Of a stretch of 64,000 nucleotides of DNA, positions 46,201-58,400 are shown piece after piece (the stretch's first letter is position 1; every line of letters starts with the position of its first letter). The stretch covers positions 1,488,001 through 1,552,000 of the forward strand of contig NC_134025.1 in the NCBI RefSeq assembly GCF_964204645.1, in the 5' to 3' direction. Position numbers and translations under genes: made by a program. The DNA is from Tubulanus polymorphus (taxonomy: Eukaryota; Animalia; Nemertea). A model generated the notes under the pieces. It did no database searches. It was not told the DNA's origin and was given only the letters and a program-made list of their open reading frames with translations.

Positions 46201-49200
46201 TAGATTTCAATTATCAGTTGTACAACTTCGCTGGCACGAGATTCTGTAGACATTCTCAGACCAATCCTCATTATAAACCTCTTTACAATTCCGTTGAAGT
46301 TTCGTGCAGTTCAGTTCAAAGCTGTTAATTCTATTGTGAAGCAAGTGAAGTCAATTTGCGCCGTGAATGAACTCAGAGACCGGAATCAAACCTTCATTAC
46401 TAATGTGATATAAAGATATTGTTCTGTAAGAATATGATTTTAGGATCATGTTTGATCGGTGTTTAGTCGTCTGGGGAAATCAGCAGCTTTATTTAGCACG
46501 AGTATTTGTGAAATAAGTGGCGAGCTTCTCGGGGCGGAAAATAATCATTTGTTTCTCCACTATTAGCGAACAGTTTCTTCGGTAGTCGCTAGAGAGATGA
46601 GTGATTCAGGTTTCTGTGACTGGACCGATACACCTGGGTATTATGAGATAATCTACTTTTACTGTCAAAACTTGCTGCATTCTATCATAGAAACTCTCGG
46701 TAAACTTCAGTTCGGTTGCTGTTGATGAAAAATGTACGCAATTTCGTGGTCATGTCACTCGAAATAAATCGTGAATGCCTTCTCTGATACGTCTGATACG
46801 GGGGCCATGAATTAGCGCATAGCCTTGGAAACATCAATGCCGTGTCCGCGGAGATATAAATCATATAGATTAAATTCAAGATGCGCATGATGTATCCTAG
46901 CTAGCTGATACTGAACAGGGTTAAATGTATCCTAGCTAGCTGACACTGAACAGGGTTAAATGTATCCTAGCTAGCTGATACTGAACTAGGGTTAAATGTA
47001 TCCTAGCTAGCTGATACTGAACAGGGTTAGATGTATCCTAGCTAGCTGATACTGAACAGGGTTAAATGTATCCTAGCTAGCTGATACTGAACAGGGTTAA
47101 ATGTATCCTAGCTAGCTGATACTGAACTATAGGGCTAAATGTATCCTAGCTAGCTGACACTGAACTAGGGGTAAATGTATCCTAGCTAGCTGATACTGAA
47201 CAGGGTTAGATGTATCCTAGCTAGCTGATACTGAACAGGGTTAGATGTATCCTAGCTAGCTGATACTGAACAGGGTTAAATGTATCCTAGCTAGCTGACA
47301 CTGAACAGGGTTAAATGTATCCTAGCTAGCTGATACTGAACAGGGTTAAATGTATCCTAGCTAGCTGACACTGAACAGGGGTGAATGTATCCTAGCTAGC
47401 TGACATTGAACTCTATGGGTCTCTACTCTGTCGAACAAACTCTAATTATTCGAACAATCCAATCAACTGTTTAATAGTTGTTGACGAAGATTAAGTTCAT
47501 GGAGTTTAAAAGCTATTTTTCCTCAAGTATTCATCGATTAAACTCTGACTGATCGAAGGTTCATATTATCGTAACATTATTTCTAGCCAATAATCAACTC
47601 TATATACAGCCTCCCGGGGCTGCGCGGTTTCATCTTTGAATCTTGAAAGGTAAAAAATCATCCGATAAGATATTCACGAGATATCATCGATCGCAAATTC
47701 CTCATTTGAATTTATAATACGTTTATCTCGAGGCAGGGTTATCATCATATTGCGCTAATTTCATAATTGTATTAAGTTATTCGGTTGCGTTTGGAATAAA
47801 TTCACTTGTCTCTGGGTTCTCTGTCATTCACGATTCTCTCTCCGATTCTCAGTTCTCTTCATGCGATTCCAATCGGATTATTTACTCACGTTTAAAATCA
47901 TCTGAAAACTTGTCGGTTTCCCTGGTTGCCAGCGATAGTAAATATCGGTGACATTGAACTGAGGCGTATGAGAGAGTGAGAGAGAGAGTGAGAGAGAGAG
48001 AGAGTCTTCTTGCTGAAATATTCGCTTGGATTTATATTTATATCTGCATCGACTGATTGTGGTTTATTGTAGCAATGCAAACGATACAACGGTAAATCAC
48101 TCAGTTTATAGTTCTACATGTATAGTGAAACTCGCTTAATTCGTCATATTGCTGAATTTTTGAGTTCAAATTTATCATTTCACTTCAATCTACGAAGTGT
48201 AAGTCGTCATCTGGATAATTCTCGGCCGATCATCACAACTATGACTATTTATAAAGTGAGTTTCGCTGTATCTCTGATACAAGGTCAGTGAAATCCTGCT
48301 CTTTTTACTGATGTTATCAGAAATTTATAGCGAAATCTTGATATTGTATCATCATCATCATATATTCATGGATTTTATTGGCTGACTGATATTTGGTGTC
48401 TGGTGCGGAAGTCTTGTTTGTAACTGATGTTCGTTTCTGTTTCAGAGATCATTAAAATGCTCATGATTTATTTTGTCGATGTAAAATCTCTATTTCTGGT
48501 TGTAGACATACGAATAAAATGAGACAAAGTCGATTCTTTTCTGATTCATTTGACATAAGGTGACCGTATATCACAATCAAGACACTGTCTTACAGAGACT
48601 GAAAAAAATATTTATTCCATTATGATAATCCAGAATTGACTGTAATAGTCAACAATGTAAGCTGTAATCTTCTTTTATGATTTTGAGAATTTGAAATTTC
48701 TTGTTTGCTGTTTAATGTTATTTAATGAGAGAGATGAAGGTTTTTATTGCTTGGCGTTCGCACCTGATACCTTAGAGCCAGGAAGATACGATCAGGAGAG
48801 GCTGAGTCACGTGTCCTCACACGGATCGAATGCGTAGCCGAGATCGCACGAGCATGTTTAACCTGGGCCAAATTTGACCTGTGCCAAATTAGGTCATAAA
48901 CCTCGGATCAGGTCCGTTCCAATCTTGCTAACTGGTTGTGGACGTGGCCCGACTTTCTTGCAACATCGTTTTGATAGCGTTTTAGTAATTAGTGTGTGAT
49001 TTATGTGTAAACTCTTGGCACAGGCCGAATTTGACTTGTCTGGACCAGTTTGAACCGGGGCAAATCGTCTCTGTGTGATCACCGCTTTAGAATAAAGAAG
49101 TGTTTGATAAAATGCGAATGGTTTATTATTGTTAAAGAGCAGGTACTCTAGAGAAGGTACTATAGAAGATACTCTACTAAGAGGAACGAAACCTCTTGTG

Positions 49201-52200
49201 TCTCAACCATTACTCTTATCTATTGCATGACTAACCAAATTCTTCTTTTTTTTCTATCCTATCTGACAGTGCCTTGCTTGGAATACAAGCTTTTAGCAGG
49301 TAATGTGTCTAATAGTAATACATACGTGTGCGATCATTAGTTATTTGTGAATGATATTTGTGACAAAAAGCACCATTTTGTCTGTCGTGATATTTTATTA
49401 CTCAGACCGCTGCGGTTTTTTATTTCTTACCATATTTTATTAAATCATGGACTTCATTAAGTGGTGTTTATTGTTGTGCTATTGTTCTGGTAGTTGATCG
49501 AATATCTCATTAAATGGTGTTTTTTTCCCTGTTTCACGTGCGGTGTAGAAATCTATTTATATCCACCACAAATAAAGCTTTTCGTGTTGTTTTATTCTTG
49601 TTAATCGAACGGATGTGGTCTTTGAAATTTTCAGGAAAAAAGAGCCCCCGAAAACTCCAAAAAATGTTAGGTGGGAATACCACATATATTCGTCCACAAA
49701 TACATTATCATGTGATTGGTGTCGGTGTCTTAAGGCAAATCCAATAATTTTGCTAATTCTTGAAAATAAATGACTAACATTAATCTGTAAATATGAATAT
49801 TCAGTGTAAAGTTTATAGTTGATAGCAGCTTATAAAACCAGTAGTTGAATCAAAAACAGTCAATCAGAACAAAGACATATCTAGCATTAGCATATACATG
49901 GTTGTGACGTAGTTTACGTCCATCTTCAGACTCTACGAATTTGAATGTTTCGCTAATTATAGTTCATCGATCATAATAATTCAAAACATTTAAATGAATA
50001 CTCTGACAGAAATGCATTCTGCTCAAAACTTAAAAACCATGCTAGCAATTTTGTCTAGTCATTGTCATATGTAGGGTATTTAAAACATCCAAAATATGAA
50101 AATCTATTGAACTGACGTTTCTGCTAGAATGTTTCTACCAATCTGCAGAGGTTTATCTTGATGTTTTCTTTTCAAATACATCTCTGGTGATGGGTGGAAG
50201 AAGCATTCTAGCTGAAACGTCGTATTCATCGTTAAACTATAATTCTTCTTCTGATATTGAGTTTTTGATTTAACTGTTGAGTTGTGTTTATGTTACTCAA
50301 TAAACAGTTGTACAGTTGCTTTTAGATTGGTTGCATATTCCTATTAATCACAGTTTCCTTAGTTTTTTTTTTACATGACGTTCATGTTTTTTCCTCATGA
50401 TGAATTGATTTTGTATATGTCGTCGCTCGTTAGATGAATTTTTGTTATTCAGATTTTGCTGCGAATTGAATAAAAACGTAGTCGTTTCTGCTTTGATTTC
50501 GATGTTGTTCCTAAGGAAATTGATACGGGTCCAAATTGTCAGAATTTTCAGATGAACTTCAGGCAGTAGAGTAACATACCCTTAGGCTAAAGCGGTATAA
50601 TCCTCCTTGTTACTGAGCGCGACGTATTTACATAAAACATATCAAAACCAATAAAGTGTCATCAACATCGAAGACTTGGTAATATAGAGTGTTTGCTATA
50701 AAGAATCTGAGACTTCTGAATTTGGATCTGTATAGATAAGTTTTACAGTTGACTCCGCTTGCAACGGAGTGTATATCGCGTGCCTCAGAAAAACCTTTAA
50801 AGACTGACTGTCCCGGAATTCGCTTAGCTCGGAGAAACTTTTCTGGTTCCACGGGATCCGAGGCACGTGTGCAGTCTACTGTATTAACAGCTTGTTGTGT
50901 GTAGATTATTTATAAATGGTGATGGTTTCAATTTTTTCTCGTATATAAAAATGATTTCTAATTCCAGTTCAAGGTTTTGTATCTTAATTTCGAATTGCAG
51001 AATAATTTCGATCCGTTTTATACTCATCGTTGTCTATGGCTTCAACGTTTCAGATTTCAAACTCCTCCGTCTAAAAAGGTATCAACCGAGAATGTGCAAC
51101 CTGATTGTGAGAATGGAGGCAGACATCCTCACCTCGGAGCTTACGGACAAAGCTCGTCATTTAGAGATGTAAGTTCACTACTGTAACTACTACTCAATGA
51201 ATACAGTGTTATTGTTCATTTAATCAAACTGTGCTAAATGTGTCTCTTCGTGTACATTTCCTGTGGGTTAAGAATAGTACATTACTGAAACTGAATTCTA
51301 TGAAAGCTGTGGCGACTGACTTCTGTCAGCTCAAAATCACTGTCTTTTGTTAGCTAGTAGTCATTGACTTCTGGTAGCTGATAGTCACTAACTTCTGGTA
51401 GCTGATCGTCACTTCCTGCTGGTAGTTGATAGTCAATGTGGTCTGATAACTGATAGTCACTAATTCCTGGTAGCTGATAGCCAGTGTCTTCTGGTAGCTG
51501 ATAGTCACTAACTTCTGCTAGCTGATAGCTAGTGTCTTCTGGTAGCTTATAGTCACTAACTTCTGGTAGCTGATACTCAGTGTCTTCTGCTAGCTGATAG
51601 TCAGTGTTTTCTGGTAGCTGATAGTCACTAACTTCTGGTAGCTGATCGTCAGTGTCTTCTGGTAGCTGACAGAAACTCTCTTCTTATAGCTGATACTCAG
51701 TGTCTTCTGATAGCTGATACTCAGTGTCTTCTGGTGGCTGCAATTCAATGTCTCACATTATTATATATATTGTTAGCCAAGCTCCAGCTCTTGATTTCCA
51801 TGCATTCTTCCTGTAACTGACAGCAAGAATTCAATAAAACCATTCCACATGAGTAGATTAGAATTTGTTTCTATTTTCCGCCTCTTCGATAGTCTTTCTG
51901 TTACGACTTCTCACAAGGACATACACGTATTAATAGATTGTGGGGGGTCTCGTCGCTGCTGTCATCTTCACAACAATTTAACACAATTCTGTCATTTTTG
52001 TTCATATATCACACAGCGCGCATGGAACGGATGAATGCATAATTCTGTTGATGGAAAATACCGACGCATAACCGCATAAAATGTGTAATCAAATATAGAC
52101 TTGTTCAATTTACGTATTTGAATTTCAAATTTTTCGTAAGGAATATTTATCTCGTTATACTCGTCTGCACCGTTGTTTTCCATGTCCCTGAATTCAACGT

Positions 52201-55200
52201 GCGAAGGAAGTGATTAGGTCGAACGACGGTCAACTCTCTCTCGTCACTCAGCCTGGATATTACACTTGTTCAACTTACTAATCCCACAAACTAGTCCTAT
52301 ATCCATAATTTCCTTTTAATTATCCTGCCACCGGTTGATTATATCCTACTGACTTCCGGTTATAACATCACTGATATCGATTTCTACGGGTTCAACTCAT
52401 TCACAAATACATTCGTATTCTATTCTACAACTACAGCTAAATCATCATTAATATCATCAGTTACATTCATTCAGGGATCACTAATATCATAAAGTTTACA
52501 ACTCCATCAGTGATGTTCAACAGCTGCCCACTGACTTTAATTTCCTTCTGTAGAACTAATATTTACATCAATGTCTGTCGCGCTGGCTTTTAATTTCATA
52601 TGTTTGATGCATTCGCTGCTCTTCATCCATGTAAACTCTTATCATTCATATTTGCTCATTCCACAAACAGAAATTGATAGAAAATTTATCGCATATTTTT
52701 TTCCCGTGAATAAACAACGAATCTTTCGACGAAGTTTTGATCGTATTAATTCTAAACGAATCAATCTAGTAGTAGAGTCAAATAATGGTTCTAACGTTTC
52801 GGGCATTTCACAGGATTCATTTGAACGTTCAGTTAGTTCCACAGTGTGTTAAGAATTAAATCAATGTTGTCGTAAGTCGCATCAGGACCATTAGCAACCG
52901 GACAGCTTTATTGAAATATTTTCATCGATTCGTATATTTTTATCTATCTGTTTCTATGCTTCAAACTTCAAATGGCAGTCAGTCGTAGTTAGTCGTAGGT
53001 TGTAGTAGTCAGTTGTATCGTCTCTAGTTGAAATAGCATATCACTAGTAGATATAGTTACGGTATGTATCGATATCCTCTCACTCAGTTTGCACTGGTCA
53101 GCGCCGTGCTTAATGATAAGTGACCAGGCAATAGTGTTCATGACTAGCATCATTTATCAGCTGCTGAATCTGACTGATGAGGAAGCTGTCATCATATCTA
53201 TCAATGGAGTCATATTCATGCGGTCCAAATGACAACAATTAAATCTGTGCGAGGTCTCAGGATGGGTAATCAGTGGAGGGGTCACTGTGTAATGAGATGC
53301 TGTGTTCTATATCAAACCGAGCGAGCGAACGTATTTATCTGAATTCGATGAGTTACTGATTGATAGAAGCTTTTTGTTTCAGCCGGTGTGCGAGGTATCT
53401 CAGGTGTTTCTAACTCCATGATAATCAATGCCTTCATCCCTCATCGCATCCATCAATTTATCCATAGATTCCTCGTCTTAAACTCTATATAGTCATCTCT
53501 CCTCAGAACAACCTGAATTCTAGAATGAAATTCCACACTAAGAAAGAAGTCTGAAATGTTTCCTTGAGCTGGTATTAAAAGGGAACATTTCAGACTTGTT
53601 TTTCTTTGTTGATATTTGGATTTTATATTATCCTTACAACCCGGACTCAGTGTGTTTTGACGAGATGATCCTAAATTCTGGTATCATTTTGTGAAAGTTG
53701 GATCAAATTCGAACTGAAAAATGATACAACCACCGAAGAAATGATCTTTTCAGGAAATATGTTAATGAGGAATAATGAGAAATGCAGTTCGCGTATGGAA
53801 CACGATTTTACTGTTCAAATTTACCTGGCTTTTATTAATTGTTCTCAACATTGACTCGGTAGAAAATATTGACTTAGTTGTTTAATATTTCACCGAGTAA
53901 TCAATCATGAGTTTGCAGGATATTGTGTTGCTATGATTGTTCCTAGAAACATCAACGCTGATTTTAAGTGGTTCATCAATCGGAAGGGCGCCACCCCGTT
54001 TCTGTTTTTACCGGTACCATGGTGATGTATTAATGGTCAGATATAGATTCACCTACAGAGGGCACTGTACGTGCTTGAGACTTGTCATACAGAACACCCT
54101 ATTTTCGAAAAATTTTGAAAAGGATTCTTTGGTCGAGCTGAGTAGAAGAAAAATTCATTGCAAGGTCATGAATGCACGGGGGAGTCCAGGTACCCCGCTT
54201 AATTCTGATGGGTTCAGCCAAATCAAACCTGATTGACCTATTGACCTTACCTATGATAACCTTTCTTATATTAAAATATCTAATTATTTGTAGTAACACC
54301 TGTATATTTGAAGCTTAGTTTGTAATAAAGTGTGTTTAGTTATTTGTACGATGAGCTAAAGCAATAGATTCAGTTTCATTATATATTTATATTACTCTAT
54401 AGAGAATACTGAACTCTTTCCGAATATCATCTCAGGTTCTAGTTATATCTGTGTTACTACATGACATTCTCTTCTGAGCGGCAATTCCAACCACAGTTTC
54501 ACACGTGACGTTAAAGTAATTTGCTCGAAACCGAATCGTTCAATCAATCGAGTGGAAATTGAAACCGGATTCAGCTGTACTTGATTTCCAGGTGAAGCAT
54601 TCATCGCAGAATGAATGTGTTGAACTTTCATCAAACGTTTCTGAGAATTGACCAGTAATCCGTGTACCGCATGCCACGTGACTGTCTGCCATGTGACTGT
54701 ACCGTGTAACATGTGACCGTGTGCCGTGTACCATGTGACAGTCTGCCATATGACTGTACCGTGTAACATGTGACCGTGTGCCGTGTACCATGTGACAGTC
54801 TGCCATATGACTGTACCGTGTAACATGTGACCGTGTGCCGTGTACCATGTGACAGTCTGCCATGTGACTGTACCGTGTACCATGTGACCGTGTGCCGTGT
54901 ACCATGCACCATGACTGTGCAATGAAGTTCATCTTTCATGTTCAGCATTACCTGTTGCTGCACAAGACTTTTAGATGTTTAACCCGTTTATCACTCGGAG
55001 GTCAGTTATACAGTCCTGATTCCATCAGTGGTCTTTAAGGCTGGTCTTCAGTTGTTAGATTAGCTGTAGAACTAAGCTGGTCTTAGAGCGGTCTTAACAC
55101 TAAGACTGTGCAACTGGCCGCTGGAGCATTTTACCTGAATAACTTAAGATATCTGTCCTGTTATTCGATGCATGGATCTATCAGCATCAGCAGCATCAGC

Positions 55201-55373
55201 ATCAGCATCAGCATCAGCATCAGCATCAGCATCAGCATCAGCATCAGCATCAGCATCAGCATCAGCATCAGCATCAGCATCAGCATCAGCATCAGCATCA
55301 GCATCAGCATCAGCATCAGCATCAGCAGCATCAGCATCAGCATCAGCATCAGCATCAGCATCAGCATCAGCAT

Positions 55374-55404
<31 letters not shown>

Positions 55405-58400
55405 TTCTTCTGATTACACTTTTATGAACCTATAAACCTCGTGGTCTCGTGGGGTCCTCCCTGCAGCTGTGAAGTGCAGTTCAAATCATCGAATTGCTGC
55501 AGAGAGAGAAGTGTTAATTACGTGTAGCCATCTTCTACTTATTTCAAGTAGCCGCATCAGTGTCAATAACTTTGCTATTCACTCTAATGACCATCAGAAT
55601 CAGCAGCATCAACAGCAGTTTCATCAGCCTCATGTTCTATAATTAATTACATTCACCGTGTCTTCAAATGATTCATCATCGGAGTTCATTTGTTTTTATC
55701 TCTGTCGCCAGCCATAAGAATCTAAAGTCATTTCCAGAAAGTGACTGATTACCTACTGAAGTAAACCGCAGACTGGTTTGTTGGCGGTGCACACGATTTC
55801 AAACCTAATGACATCAAACTGTTAATAGAGCTTCCCACTTGTAGCTTTAAACAGTGTTCAGGAGATGATCTTGATGAAACACTCTGACAGTCCGTGTTGT
55901 AACACTTATATAACATCCCACAATAAAAAAGAGAATTGAGTCTGAAAAAGGTTTCATTAACGCTTAGTTTCGACTTTATCCTAATAGTCATCTTCAGGAA
56001 TATCAAGATTACAACAAAATTATGAAATGCATACAATCCACGCCGCAGTTTTATTACCAAATTCGTTCATATTGTGATATTATATAAAGATGATCCGATT
56101 TTACTGGAAACTTGACTCATTAATTATCATGTCATGTTTTAATTACCTGTAACTGTAACAACAACCATCGATCATGTGATGAAGATAATTATCATCTGAT
56201 ATTTGATATCTTATTATTCAAATGAAGTTATATAAACGGGTGTAGACAGACAGACACCTGATAGAGAGACAATACCGATGGGTTTCCCGTTACTACAGTA
56301 AACATGTTTCCTGATTTAATGATTGCTCATTTCATGACTAATGGCCAAGTATTTCTTTACCCAAATGTACCACAAACAATCAAGCCTAAGCCCGCTAAAT
56401 TTACATAGTGAACCGTTGCAGATAAAGGTCTCGTCTCTGAATACAGATGCGTCATTTGTTTCTCCCCTGAGAGCAGACGAGCGCTTTAATGTTTTAACAA
56501 ATAGTCTCCGTCTCAAGGAAGAGAATGATACAATTTGTAGTGAATAAATAGTTTGACTGGAATTGTGCGCAGTTGGTGCTGCTCTACCCGCAGTTGCTAA
56601 TAGCATTTTGTGCATTAGTAGACATGATCTGAGTTTCATGTGTTTGCCATTCCACTCATTCTGTATCATTCATCAAACCGCTACAAGAGACACCAGCGAA
56701 ACAGGTAAAAACATCAATCTTCCGACTCCGACTCCGCTGTTGTGTTATCACTTTCATTTTCATCATCATCCGGAATGAAACCTGTACTAAATATCAGCTG
56801 CAGAAAGTCAACTAACTCTCGTCTCGTATTAACTCATTCGCTCCAACGCATTCTCATATTTTTAGTTTTTTAATCAAGCTTTCAATAAATTACATGCTTC
56901 CATAGAAACATGAAACATCGAATAAAAACTGCCAGCGATTGATTGAGATTAATGAAGTCGTATGTAAAGCTTCAGTCCTTCTTATATACACAATAAATCC
57001 CTGAACAGTTCATAATGAAGACAGTCGCAATCGCGCAGAAAAAAAACTAGGTCACCTAGAGCTGATATAGACTCAACAGGTAACGCTGGTTTCTGATTGG
57101 TTTAGAGATGGTCACCTGATGTAAACAAAACCTAAGGTTACCATGACTACTAATGCTTTGATTGGTTTAGAGCGTGTTACCTCATTTGAATAAACAGGCC
57201 TCGCCTAGCGTTACAATAGTTTATTAATCCTAGCATCTGATTGGCCAGGAGCTGGTCACCTGATGTAAACAAACATGCCACACTTTAGCCTGTCATGATT
57301 TCCATGAAATGAACTTGAACTTGAAGATTAAAGTGATTAACCAATCCCAGAGTTTGATTTGTCTAGAAAGAGAGGCTTATGTAAAAAAGTAGCTTACAGG
57401 TGGTACTTATAAAACCCACACTGGTTAGATTAAACCCACACAACTGTGGAACTGGATCCAATTCTGAAACACTCTACAACTGGGAAAATGGACAAGCAAT
57501 ATATTTGGGGCCATATATGGAGATCCCTGTCAATTTGTTGTGTAGAATGATAAGTGGTTAATCATTCTCCTTGAAGAACTGCGCTGCTTATATAGTTATT
57601 CATCGGTACAGCTGACTTTCCTCATGAATATAATCTGAGACATTAGACACGTCCTACAACAATATATTTGATCTGTTCAACCTTTCAAAGATTACTTCCA
57701 AGGTTCAACCCTGGAATCAACATCGATTTTGGGTTTTGATGTTGATGGATATTAGCTGTGCAAGCCGAGCTCAGTTAGGCGCAATTGTATTCATAAAAAT
57801 GAAAGGAAATTGTGTCTGGGAAAGAGAGGAAAGAGTAGAGAGAGTAGAGAGAGTAGAGAGTTATTGAGAGATTGCAGTATATGTCAAGTGATGTATTTAA
57901 GGAGGACTGTCTATGATGATTCATACACTTGTAATGGCTATCATTATTTCAAATTAGTATCAATTACCTGTCATCCTTAGTTCACTTGTTTCTAACGGTT
58001 TTTCTGATTTTTTATCATCGACCATATTCGATCTTAGATTTTCTGCTCGGAAGTCATCCTTTCCACAATGAATATATTACGGATAATTTTAATTAGGACA
58101 TTTTTCTGGCACAATCATTTTGTCTTTGCCGTATTATTGGTGTAAATGGCTGAATTCCTTTGGCCTTAATATCTCGTTCTAAGTAAATTACAGAATTAAC
58201 CTTTTTTCAGGGATGCACGTCACTGCAGTAAGCAGAAAATGTGTTATGTGAATCTTAGTTTTTTGGGTCTGTCGTTAATTTACACAAGACCACACACTCG
58301 AATCGCAATTAATTCGTCGACTAATTAAATGTGAAGAAGATGTTTCTTTAAGGCATTTAAAAATCAATTTCCCGAGTAAATTATCAAATAAATGGCTGGT

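Noticed and set aside
46890-47410. CRISPR-like regular repeats (also 60644-61303 and 20717-20930)
   Set aside because: Units are head-to-tail with no unique spacers, no cas genes, and the context is eukaryotic introns.
55108-55435. Poly-SI, poly-SA and poly-ML ORFs
   Set aside because: Pure microsatellite translations.
56341-56778. Short ORFs as alternative Syt7 terminal exons
   Set aside because: No convincing in-phase acceptor or recognisable motif.
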